IMG/VR virus record: IMGVR_UViG_3300009968_000004
Direction: 5' to 3' (one strand)
Source: a virus
DNA: 36,835 nucleotides
Notes under the pieces: generated by a model
Seen by the model: only the letters and a program-made list of their open reading frames with translations
Told to the model about the DNA's origin: nothing
Databases searched by the model: none
Translations under genes and position numbers: made by a program
Shown: positions 1 to 7,395 of the stretch, in pieces
Layout of the letters: every line of letters begins with the position of its first letter
How positions within the stretch are numbered: position 1 is the first letter of the stretch

Positions 1-114
1 CCTCTATTTCTTGGTCTTTTTCTTCTATGGACTCATTGAGCTCACCAATTATTGTTATAAGCTCGTCAACGCTTTTGCTTTCTAAATCATCCATTGTTAA
101 AATTCCTCAATCAA
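1..114. repeat. Terminal direct repeat, copy 1 (wrap-around of a circular or permuted genome)
   Basis: Bases 1..114 (cctctatttcttggtc...cctcaatcaa) match 36722..36835 base for base. The repeat lies inside a CDS, so 1..94 (-) is a duplicate partial copy of the N-terminus of the 88-aa gene at 36549..36815. Confidence 0.95.
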
Positions 115-321
115 ACTATAAAAGTAATCATCATCCGTTTGCGTTTCTAGCGCCTTGATATCCAGCTTATCCTGAATAGCCTCTCGCTTTTGCCTAGCTT
201 TGCCATGAGATGAATCTAAACCACTATTAGCGTGTGTTAATGCGTTAGTGTTATTCTTTCTATCACTTGTGATTTTGCGTTGCTCCATTAGCTCGGTAGG
301 GCATAAAGTGTTAATTGACAT
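97..321 (-). CDS. Hypothetical protein (74 aa), leftward early operon
   Basis: Open frame. Its stop lies 2 nt before the wrapped start (position 94 = 36815) of the next leftward gene, and its start abuts the stop of 321..518. No motif recognised. Confidence 0.55.
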   Translation of the reverse strand: MSINTLCPTELMEQRKITSDRKNNTNALTHANSGLDSSHGKARQKREAIQDKLDIKALETQTDDDYFYSLIEEF

Positions 322-518
322 TATTTCACCTCACTACATTCAAGCACTACATTGTGCTTTGATTTAATTTCGAACGTCTTAACACATAATAACTGCTTAT
401 CATCGAGGTGCTTTTGTATTGCCTCTAGCTCAACAGTGTTCATGTAAGAGTTAAAGCCAAGCATTGTTATAATAAGCACGAACAATACGCCATTAAGTTT
501 TTTTGTTGCTGAGTCCAT
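321..518 (-). CDS. Small membrane protein (65 aa)
   Basis: One hydrophobic segment (GVLFVLIITMLGFNSY). The start overlaps the stop of the upstream HTH gene by 1 nt. Confidence 0.55.
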   Translation of the reverse strand: MDSATKKLNGVLFVLIITMLGFNSYMNTVELEAIQKHLDDKQLLCVKTFEIKSKHNVVLECSEVK

Positions 519-706
519 TATTTCTCTCCAGTTGATAATAGTGCGAATAAAACATACTTTCCATGCTGCTTTCTGATTATGTGCGATTCGCCAGATAGGT
601 CACTCATATACTTTCTTACGGTGCCACGGCTAACACCCAGTTCTTTAGCTAGTAAAGATTGGTTGTGGCGGTAGTAAGGCTTCATTAGTAAATCGTTAAT
701 TGTCAT
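518..706 (-). CDS. Small helix-turn-helix DNA-binding regulator (Cro-like position)
   Basis: The motif QSLLAKELGVSRGTVRKYMSD is a classic HTH. It is the first gene of the leftward operon, next to a divergent promoter region. Confidence 0.7.
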   Translation of the reverse strand: MTINDLLMKPYYRHNQSLLAKELGVSRGTVRKYMSDLSGESHIIRKQHGKYVLFALLSTGEK

Positions 707-736
707 TTTATATGCTCGTTTGTTTAAGTTGATTAA

Positions 737-765
737 ATACTAGCGCTTATATAGGTAAATGTAAA
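737..765 (-). promoter_or_regulatory. Candidate leftward early promoter (TTTACA-17-TAGTAT)
   Basis: On the minus strand, TTTACA (765..760), a 17-nt spacer, then TAGTAT (742..737). It overlaps the imperfect palindrome TACTAGCGCTTATA. Confidence 0.35.
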
Positions 766-801
766 GTGCAAATAAAAAACAATAAAAGTTAAAATAAATA
801 C

Positions 802-829
802 TTGCGTTGTAGAATCGTTGTGCTAATAT
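802..829 (+). promoter_or_regulatory. Candidate rightward early promoter (TTGCGT-16-TGcTAATAT, extended -10)
   Basis: TTGCGT at 802..807, TG at 821..822, TAATAT at 824..829. It lies about 100 nt upstream of the first + strand gene. Confidence 0.45.
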
Positions 830-928
830 TTCTACATCGAGTGGTTAAGCAGGCAGCTAGCGTCATCCCGTCAACCACTCAGAACAAAATGACTAAGCCA
901 ATACTAGCGACTAATTAAGGAGGGGGTT

Positions 929-1150
929 ATGAACGACATTTTAATCAGCGATAACGAAAGCAAGTTAAGTGCTATAGAAGCAATAGAGGCTTTAATTGAT
1001 AGAAACGATATAACCACTAAAGAAGTTGTGCTTGAGGTTATAGGTGAGTACAAGGCGGTTCTTGAGCTGCAAGTAAACACATTAAAAGGTGAGCAATACC
1101 AAGCTGACGCAAATGCTGACCATGTAACGGAGCAAATACCTAATGTCTAA
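929..1150 (+). CDS. Hypothetical acidic protein (73 aa)
   Basis: Strong SD (AAGGAGGGGG) 6 nt upstream of the ATG. The 3' end overlaps the next gene. Confidence 0.7.
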   Translation: MNDILISDNESKLSAIEAIEALIDRNDITTKEVVLEVIGEYKAVLELQVNTLKGEQYQADANADHVTEQIPNV

Positions 1151-1721
1151 TTTAGATTTGTGGGACAAGGTTGAGAAAACCGACCCTAGCCACACTAAAA
1201 GCGCAAACGTTCGCGGCAACAAGATTACTGCTATAGCTCCACAGCGACAAATTAAGAACGCTACTGAGCAGTTCGGCGCTTACGGTATAGCATGGGGGTT
1301 TAAAGAGATTAAATTCGATTATGCGCTTGCTGAGGCTACGGGAATAGTTGTTTTTCACGGCGTATTTTATTTTCCTAAAGGTGAGTTTCCAATTACCTCA
1401 TCAATTAGCGCATATAAAGACGGAGCCAGAACAAAGCCTGACGCTGATTTTGCAAAGAAAGTTGAAACTGATGCATTGACAAAGGCACTTAGCAAGCTTG
1501 GCTTTAACGCTGATGTATTTATGGGGTTATTTGATGATCATAAATATGTACAGATGATGCAGGATGAATTTAACAAGCCTGTAACGCCACTAGAAATACA
1601 GAATGCAATTGATAATAACGATATTGAATACGTAAAAGCTAACTGGCAAACAACAATAGCTGCGGCATGGGGTAACTTACCAAGTGACGCAGTAACTAAA
1701 CTAAATGGGATGATCGGATAA
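1143..1721 (+). CDS. Rad52/Sak-family single-strand annealing protein
   Basis: N-terminal motif EQFGAYGIAWGF. The motif KKVETDALTKALSKLGFNADVFMGLFDDHKY resembles the Rad52/Sak signature (TDAxKRALxxFG...D..Y). An exonuclease and SSB follow directly. Confidence 0.65.
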   Translation: MSNLDLWDKVEKTDPSHTKSANVRGNKITAIAPQRQIKNATEQFGAYGIAWGFKEIKFDYALAEATGIVVFHGVFYFPKGEFPITSSISAYKDGARTKPDADFAKKVETDALTKALSKLGFNADVFMGLFDDHKYVQMMQDEFNKPVTPLEIQNAIDNNDIEYVKANWQTTIAAAWGNLPSDAVTKLNGMIG

Positions 1722-2476
1722 TGAATATATTTATAGATATTGAAACACTACGCGCACCAGAAGAGACTCGACTTCAGATGCTAGAAGGCGTTAAGAGTAA
1801 CTTTAAGGCACCATCAACTTTAACCAAGGCACAAGCTGCTACTGATTTAGGGTTAACTGATGCTAAAGAAATTAAATTTACATCTAAAGACGATATGATC
1901 TCACGATGGGAAAAAGAGTTAGCAGAAACTAAAGCCGGTGAGGTAGCTAATGCAGCATGGGAGAAAACCAGCTTTAACCCTGATGTAGCACCGATAGCTT
2001 GTATTTGTATCGGTTGGTATGACGATGGGGTTTATCGCGCCAATGAATTTGATTTGATTTCATATGGTGATGAGCAATCAATGCTTGATGAATTTCATTT
2101 GCAGATTATCGAAATATGCTCAAAGAATGGAGCAATGATTAGCAAGCCTAATTTTATAGGTCACTATATCACCAAGTTTGACTTGCCTTTTATCTGGAAG
2201 AGGTCGGTAATAAATAACGTATCTACCGCAAGCGATGTTAAATGGGTTGATGCAAAGCATGGCTATAATTGCTATGACACACTAACCGCTTGGGCTGGGT
2301 ACGGAAATTCAATAAGCATGGATAATCTAGCCGATATACTTGGCATAAAAGGCAAAGGAGATATTGACGGCTCAATGGTTTACGATGAGTGGCAAAAATA
2401 CCCACAAAAAGTAATCGGATACTGCCATGCAGATGTTGAAATGGTAAAGGCAATTTACGAACGATTAACTAAATAA
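1721..2476 (+). CDS. DnaQ/PolB-exo-like 3'-5' exonuclease (RNase H fold)
   Basis: Exo I-like IFIDIET, Exo II-like IGHYITKFDLPFI, Exo III-like YCHADVEMVKAIYERL. Start overlaps the upstream stop (ATAATG). Confidence 0.65.
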   Translation: MNIFIDIETLRAPEETRLQMLEGVKSNFKAPSTLTKAQAATDLGLTDAKEIKFTSKDDMISRWEKELAETKAGEVANAAWEKTSFNPDVAPIACICIGWYDDGVYRANEFDLISYGDEQSMLDEFHLQIIEICSKNGAMISKPNFIGHYITKFDLPFIWKRSVINNVSTASDVKWVDAKHGYNCYDTLTAWAGYGNSISMDNLADILGIKGKGDIDGSMVYDEWQKYPQKVIGYCHADVEMVKAIYERLTK

Positions 2477-2505
2477 CAATTAACTACTAAAGAAGGTAAG
2501 CAGAA

Positions 2506-3006
2506 ATGGCAGGTATTAACAAAGTAATTCTAGTTGGCAATTTAGGGCAAGATCCCGAAGTTAAATTTATGCCAAGCGGTGAGGCAGTTGCTAACATATC
2601 AATAGCTACCTCTGAAAGCTGGAAGGATAAACAAACAGGCGAGCAGAAGGAAAAGACCGAATGGCATCGTGTGTCGATGTTCGGTAAGTTAGCGGAAATA
2701 GCTGGCGAGTATTTAAAGAAAGGATCAAAGGTTTATATTGAGGGTAAGTTACAAACCCGTAAATGGACCAATCAACAAGGGCAAGATCAATACACTACTG
2801 AAATTGTGCTACAAGGTTTTAATGGTGTAATGCAAATGCTGGATGGTAAACAAGGTGGCGCACCAGCTAATCAAGGGCAGCAACAGCAAGGAGGTTTTGC
2901 ACCTCAACAACAAGCGCCAGCTCAACAGGGCGGCTTTGCTAACCAAGGTCAGCAGCAACAAGCACCAAGTCAGCAAGGTGGATGGCCTCACGGTAACAAC
3001 CAGTAG
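2506..3006 (+). CDS. ssb: Single-stranded DNA-binding protein
   Basis: OB-fold N-terminus [39 protein letters not shown]...[14 protein letters not shown] is near-canonical bacterial-type SSB. The tail is Gln/Gly-rich and lacks a DDDIPF tip. Confidence 0.92.
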   Translation: MAGINKVILVGNLGQDPEVKFMPSGEAVANISIATSESWKDKQTGEQKEKTEWHRVSMFGKLAEIAGEYLKKGSKVYIEGKLQTRKWTNQQGQDQYTTEIVLQGFNGVMQMLDGKQGGAPANQGQQQQGGFAPQQQAPAQQGGFANQGQQQQAPSQQGGWPHGNNQ

Positions 3007-3142
3007 CAGTTAACGCGCATCTTCAAGGATGAGGGCGCACCAATAACTAGACCAAATAATAACGAACATAACCAGAGTTAATAGGCATAGTAAGCGGTAT
3101 ATGTGTCTATTAATGTTACGGTAAACTTTTATGGAGCATATT

Positions 3143-3520
3143 ATGGAATTATCAGATTTAGAAATTTGTAAACGAATTGCTGAGATTGAAGGTGTTGAGT
3201 TCGTAAGCGATAGAGGTGTGATTGTTTTATCTGAAAATTACAATGAGCTTATCAATACAATATGTAGTGGTAGGTATTCACCTGAACAGGTTGTGAAAAT
3301 TACAGATAAGGCAGCGTATAACCCGCTAGAAGATGATGCCTTGTGTTTTAGACTAATGATAGGACATGGTGTTTTACGTGAGCTTTGTGGTGATAATCAT
3401 CGTTTCGTCATGCCTAAGTGGAATGGTACACCAGAATATTTCAGGGTAACAGATAAATCACCTAACAAAGCGTTGTGCTTAGTGATAATAAAAGCCAATG
3501 AACCAATCACACAAAAGTAG
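3143..3520 (+). CDS. Hypothetical protein, DUF2591/NinX-like (weak)
   Basis: ORF is open from 3131, but GGAG sits 6 nt before the ATG at 3143. LSDLEICKRIAEIEGV...YNPLEDDALCFRLM resembles DUF2591-type phage proteins. Confidence 0.6.
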   Translation: MELSDLEICKRIAEIEGVEFVSDRGVIVLSENYNELINTICSGRYSPEQVVKITDKAAYNPLEDDALCFRLMIGHGVLRELCGDNHRFVMPKWNGTPEYFRVTDKSPNKALCLVIIKANEPITQK

Positions 3521-3558
3521 GCTTTGCCTACAAAGAATTGTACTTAAAAGGAATTGTT

Positions 3559-3816
3559 ATGAAATTTTTCAAAAAGAACTACAACAGGTTTAAGCTCTAT
3601 TTTGTCATTAAGAAAACTAAGCGTTGGGCTTTAACCTGTACAGACCCGTTAAAGAAAGCCATGTGCGTTGGTATGTACAATATGATGGTTGAGCCATATA
3701 ACGCAATGATGCCAAATTGGATAAAGAAAATCGAAGTTATACCTACAGAAACCACCATGACTGACATTAAAAGCATGGCTGACGGTTATAAACCACCAAT
3801 GAATCTACAGGCGTAA
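3559..3816 (+). CDS. Hypothetical protein (85 aa)
   Basis: Track ORF begins at TTG 3538. AAGGA lies 6 nt upstream of the ATG at 3559, so that start is preferred. Confidence 0.55.
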   Translation: MKFFKKNYNRFKLYFVIKKTKRWALTCTDPLKKAMCVGMYNMMVEPYNAMMPNWIKKIEVIPTETTMTDIKSMADGYKPPMNLQA

Positions 3817-3874
3817 AGCGCTTATATTAAGGTAGACACATAAACTCACTTAGTAAACCTTAACGGAGAATATT

Positions 3875-4054
3875 ATGAAAAAAGCAAAGTTTAGCGAGAA
3901 AGATAGTCGTGGTCATGTTTTTGTTGATTGTACAGAGTGTGAGCGAGGGTTTAACGGCACTGATAAAGATAAGTGTTCGAGTGGCTTTAAGCATAAAAAA
4001 GGTCACAAGGGCGGCTGTTTTAGCGGTGAGTTACTGGCTGTTTTAGAGGTTTAA
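3875..4054 (+). CDS. Small Cys-rich protein (59 aa, below the track cut-off)
   Basis: GGAG SD 7 nt upstream. Translation MKKAKFSEKDSRGHVFVDCTECERGFNGTDKDKCSSGFKHKKGHKGGCFSGELLAVLEV. It fills an otherwise empty gap. Confidence 0.5.
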   Translation: MKKAKFSEKDSRGHVFVDCTECERGFNGTDKDKCSSGFKHKKGHKGGCFSGELLAVLEV

Positions 4055-4090
4055 AACCAACAACACCAAAGTAGACAAAAAGGAATAACC

Positions 4091-4252
4091 ATGGCATTTC
4101 AATATAAAGCTAAACAAAACATACCCTGCTCTATATGTAACAAAGACATTCAAAGGGTAGAATTGAGAAAGGTTGATTTAGGTCAGCATAGTCACTTATG
4201 GCACTATATTAAAAAGCCGGTTGTTGATGGGCCGTGGCTGCTTGTAGCATAA
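4091..4252 (+). CDS. Small protein (53 aa, below the track cut-off)
   Basis: AAGGA SD upstream. Translation MAFQYKAKQNIPCSICNKDIQRVELRKVDLGQHSHLWHYIKKPVVDGPWLLVA (CxxC...HxH). Confidence 0.45.
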   Translation: MAFQYKAKQNIPCSICNKDIQRVELRKVDLGQHSHLWHYIKKPVVDGPWLLVA

Positions 4253-4281
4253 TTAATTTAAACGGATAGGAGAGTAATAGA

Positions 4282-4671
4282 ATGAAGTTAAAATTAATAA
4301 CTTTCAGTAACAACGTATGTACAATGGGCAAGCTATACCATGATAAAGAATTAATCTGTCATACGTTTGAATTGCCATGGCTAAAGAATGCGCGGAACGT
4401 TAGTTGTATTCCTGCTGGTGAGTATCTAATTAAAATGACCAATTCAAACAAGTTTGGGCCAAGCTATGAAGTTAAAAGCGTAGTAGGTCGAAGTAACATA
4501 CTTATCCATAAAGGTAATATGGTCGATGATACACAAGGCTGTATTATGCCTGTATCGGGATTTGGTGTTAACGGTGGTGTATGGATGGGGTTATCAAGTA
4601 GAAAAGCTTACACTAGGCTAATGCACTTGCTAGGCGGCGAGTCTCACACTTTAATAATAGAGAGGCATTAA
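4282..4671 (+). CDS. DUF5675-like protein; candidate non-canonical endolysin (His/Cys motif)
   Basis: AGGAG SD. The pattern CHTFELPW..N.SCIPAGEY...VVGRSNILIHKGNMVDDTQGCIMP fits the DUF5675 consensus as I recall it. It sits directly upstream of a holin. Confidence 0.5.
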   Translation: MKLKLITFSNNVCTMGKLYHDKELICHTFELPWLKNARNVSCIPAGEYLIKMTNSNKFGPSYEVKSVVGRSNILIHKGNMVDDTQGCIMPVSGFGVNGGVWMGLSSRKAYTRLMHLLGGESHTLIIERH

Positions 4672-4673
4672 TT

Positions 4674-5117
4674 ATGGCTTTAGATCCAATTACAGCAGCA
4701 CTAGACGTTGGTAAAGTATTAATAGAAAAGATATGGCCCAATGTTGTAGACCAAGCAAGAGAAATTAGATTACTGGAAGAGTTACATCAAAAAGGCGACT
4801 TGGCAGAGTTAAACGCTAAGGTTGAAGCACTAAGAGGTCAACTGGAAATAAACAAGGTCGAAGCAGGTCATAAAAGTATTTTTGTTGCTGGCTGGCGTCC
4901 TTTTGTCGGCTGGGTATGTGGATTTGGCTTGTTATACGCTACTATTTTAGAGCCTATAATGCGATTTATTGCGACTATGTGCGGGTATGAAGGGGGTTTT
5001 CCTGTTATTGATACCACTTTAACAATGCAGGTTCTTATTGGTATGCTTGGCTTGGTTGCATCTAGAACAAGAGAAAAAGAAAAGGGTGTTCACAAAGACA
5101 CGCTGAAAGTAGTATAA
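4674..5117 (+). CDS. Holin, GTA-type '3TM holin' family
   Basis: N-terminal coiled-coil, then FVAGWRPFVGWVCGFGLLYATILEPI and a second hydrophobic segment. This matches my recollection of the Pfam 'Holin of 3TMs, for gene-transfer release' signature. Confidence 0.6.
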   Translation: MALDPITAALDVGKVLIEKIWPNVVDQAREIRLLEELHQKGDLAELNAKVEALRGQLEINKVEAGHKSIFVAGWRPFVGWVCGFGLLYATILEPIMRFIATMCGYEGGFPVIDTTLTMQVLIGMLGLVASRTREKEKGVHKDTLKVV

Positions 5118-5119
5118 TT

Positions 5120-5692
5120 ATGGATACCGGAATAGTAACTGAGGTATTAATATGGGTAGCCCAATCAAGCCACCACCACCGCCACCTGTTGACCCTAAAT
5201 AGTGTAAATATACAGAGCGTGGGTATAACTAATATAATTACGTTCCTGTATATTTTAGCTTTAGTTTTTAATCGTAAAGGTCGCTATATTGCGGCCTTTT
5301 TATTATGTGACTTGTTTGCTAGCGTATATACATACTCAAGCCGTACAGGTTACGAGATATATTTTGGATATGTATTTGTATACTCAATCCTTTATTGGGT
5401 TATAACTATTGACAAAGCGCAATTAAAAACTCGCCTTGCTTGTGGTATCATTGTTCTTTTTGATGCGAGAATGACTTTGCATGCATACTTTGATGGAGGT
5501 TATGAGGCGTTTATTTACGTTAATTACGAGTATATCACTCTGCTTACTCATATATGTCTCATTGCTACACTACTTCCGTGGAAACTCATTAGGAGAAGTG
5601 TGGGGGATTATTGTAGAGGTTTGTATGGTAAGTTTCGTTATAGTGACGGTATTGCATATATTTGTTATAATTGTTCCAAACAAACAAGTTAA
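5120..5692 (+). CDS. Polytopic membrane protein (start uncertain)
   Basis: At least five hydrophobic segments. Weak SD at 5120. The N-terminal 30 aa overlap a CCA-repeat and a well-SD'd mini-ORF (see findings). Confidence 0.5.
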   Translation: MDTGIVTEVLIWVAQSSHHHRHLLTLNSVNIQSVGITNIITFLYILALVFNRKGRYIAAFLLCDLFASVYTYSSRTGYEIYFGYVFVYSILYWVITIDKAQLKTRLACGIIVLFDARMTLHAYFDGGYEAFIYVNYEYITLLTHICLIATLLPWKLIRRSVGDYCRGLYGKFRYSDGIAYICYNCSKQTS

Positions 5693-5703
5693 CCGGAAAG
5701 AAA

Positions 5704-6030
5704 ATGAGTAATCCTGATTTAGTTTTATTGATAACTGAGCTTATTTCGTCTCAAAAAGACACGAATGAAAGCATTAAAGAAACCAATAAGGCTGTCAATC
5801 ATCTATCCAGCTCTGTTGATAAGTTAATAACTGACAACAAGGTTAGGGAGGAAAAGGACAAGCATCAGGACGAAAAGAACACCTCATTTTTAAAACATAT
5901 GGAAAAAACAAACCCAACGGTTAACCGATTAAAGCTAGTGTTTGGCACGTGGGATAAAGTAAAAATACCCTTGATAGTGGGGTTTATAATATTGGTTATG
6001 ACCGCATTAAACTTTAATTTCGCAGGCTAA
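5704..6030 (+). CDS. Coiled-coil protein with C-terminal TM anchor (108 aa)
   Basis: Open from 5671, but GGAAAG precedes the ATG at 5704. Hydrophobic tail IPLIVGFIILVMTALNF. Confidence 0.55.
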   Translation: MSNPDLVLLITELISSQKDTNESIKETNKAVNHLSSSVDKLITDNKVREEKDKHQDEKNTSFLKHMEKTNPTVNRLKLVFGTWDKVKIPLIVGFIILVMTALNFNFAG

Positions 6031-6042
6031 CAAGGCTAAACA

Positions 6043-6744
6043 ATGACAATTACACGCTCAATAACAAGCTCTATCACTCGTAGCATTACTAGCTCTATAA
6101 GTGGCGCTATAACTCGCTACTTCTCAACACTAGACCCAGTACTAAATAGTCACTATGTAATAGCTAACCCTATCGCGTTTACTGGGGATTTTGAGATTAG
6201 ACTAGATTTCGCGGGACCAAATCAAGCTAAAATACTTCTAGGTGATTCACATGCTACATCTTATTACTTTAATGTTGATGCAACCAACCTAACAGTTAGA
6301 ATTGCTGGCGTTCCAACAGAGTTTGCACACGCAGGTAGTAATCTTTTTGACGGAAAGCTACATACGATAACATACAGGTTAACAGGCACCAGCTTTGAAG
6401 TTTTAGTTGATACGTTATCTCTAGGTTCTCAGGTTGTAGTCCCGTATACAGGCGCAAACAACTTCTTATTAGGTAGCTCTAATAGCATAGCTACCTATCT
6501 AGATGGAATCCTAGCTAACCCTAAATTTACAGATAACTCAGGCACACCAGTAACCACAACATTCACACTAGGCAATGCACCAGGTGTTGATGCAGAATTA
6601 TCAGCGGAAGGTAATAACACAGCAACTCGCGTTAATGTTGCACTAGCTAACACTGAGAACTTCCAGCTATCTAACGATAAAACTCAATGGGATAACATAA
6701 GCCCAGACCCTAAACAATTACCTGTAATTATCGAGATAGCATGA
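6043..6744 (+). CDS. ConA/LamG-like domain protein with N-terminal ITxS repeats
   Basis: N-terminus ITRS-ITSS-ITRS-ITSS-ISGA-ITRY. The body (FEIRLDF...LLGDS...DGKLHTITY...FLLGSSN...YLDGILANPKF) resembles the LamG/concanavalin-like lectin fold. Confidence 0.55.
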   Translation: MTITRSITSSITRSITSSISGAITRYFSTLDPVLNSHYVIANPIAFTGDFEIRLDFAGPNQAKILLGDSHATSYYFNVDATNLTVRIAGVPTEFAHAGSNLFDGKLHTITYRLTGTSFEVLVDTLSLGSQVVVPYTGANNFLLGSSNSIATYLDGILANPKFTDNSGTPVTTTFTLGNAPGVDAELSAEGNNTATRVNVALANTENFQLSNDKTQWDNISPDPKQLPVIIEIA

Positions 6745-7076
6745 TGAAATACTTTTACGCTGTGATGTATACTGTAAATTCAGAGTTCTTAGTTAGTGGT
6801 GCCAAGTACGTTGAGGGCAAGGTTACGCTAAAGGGCTTAACTGAAGCTGAGATAGTCGAGTACAAGGGTGATGTTAACAGAATTGACCATAAAGGTTTTA
6901 ATCCTGATAACGACCCTGAGCAAGAAGGGCTATCGACTGAACAACTTAGTACTATGATGACAGGGCTAGCTAATCAAGAGCCTAACACTGTATTAGGTGT
7001 GCTTAGTATTCCACAAGGCAAATGGTTATATGCTAACCACGAAGCATTCAAGCCTAAGCAAGAACAATCAATTTAA
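6741..7076 (+). CDS. Hypothetical protein (111 aa)
   Basis: ATGA start/stop overlap with the upstream gene. No motif recognised. Confidence 0.6.
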   Translation: MMKYFYAVMYTVNSEFLVSGAKYVEGKVTLKGLTEAEIVEYKGDVNRIDHKGFNPDNDPEQEGLSTEQLSTMMTGLANQEPNTVLGVLSIPQGKWLYANHEAFKPKQEQSI

Positions 7077-7109
7077 TGTACAATGTAATTTTAATAAGAG
7101 GTTAAGAAG

Positions 7110-7337
7110 ATGACAACTTTAGTAAACAATCAAGTAACAAGGGTTGGACCTGGTACATATTCATTTGATGTTACCGGCGCTATGGAGTTACAAACAGATA
7201 AATCAGGAACCTTTAAAACTCTTAAAGATGGAACGTTCACAGGGGTTGATGATGATATAATAACACTGCCATCATGTAATATTAGAATAATCAATGCTGG
7301 CGCTAATGAGTTCATCTTCAATCTAGTTACATTATAA
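7110..7337 (+). CDS. Hypothetical protein (75 aa)
   Basis: GAGG SD upstream. No motif recognised. Confidence 0.55.
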   Translation: MTTLVNNQVTRVGPGTYSFDVTGAMELQTDKSGTFKTLKDGTFTGVDDDIITLPSCNIRIINAGANEFIFNLVTL

Positions 7338-7395
7338 TTTAAAATAAAGCGCTTTACAGTGTAAGGTGCTAGCTCATTTATGACGGGGTTATAAA

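Noticed and set aside
1-114. The 114-bp terminal repeat read as physical direct terminal repeats of the virion DNA
   Set aside because: The repeat boundary falls inside a coding sequence, and the leftward operon reads straight through the junction. An assembly wrap-around or a permuted genome is more likely. This cannot be settled without reads.
1152-1358. Antisense ORFs inside well-supported genes (1152..1358, 2238..2453, 2809..2991, 7130..7321, 8185..8403, 8689..8901, 10614..10868, 11289..11501, 17068..17382, 17138..17347, 26834..27025, 31829..32062, 34911..35120) and the same-strand off-frame 15410..15610
   Set aside because: Each lies wholly within a longer ORF that has motifs or strong synteny. 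None has an SD or a recognisable motif.
3007-3130. Possible small RNA or promoter in the 124-bp gap after ssb (inverted repeat TTAATAG...CTATTAA)
   Set aside because: The stem is AT-rich and only 7 bp long with a 22-nt loop. I could find no convincing -35/-10 pair and no terminator.
5481-5711. 76-aa hydrophobic ORF overlapping the 3' end of the 190-aa membrane-protein gene in another frame
   Set aside because: T-rich DNA gives hydrophobic translations in several frames. The ORF has no SD and is embedded entirely in better-supported genes. An embedded spanin-like gene was considered, but there is no lipobox or signal peptide.
7346-7355. The 10-bp palindrome AAAGCGCTTT after gene 7110..7337, read as a terminator
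   Set aside because: It is a perfect palindrome with no loop and no T-run, and terS follows 40 nt later in the same operon. It could be a protein-binding site, but I have no support for that.
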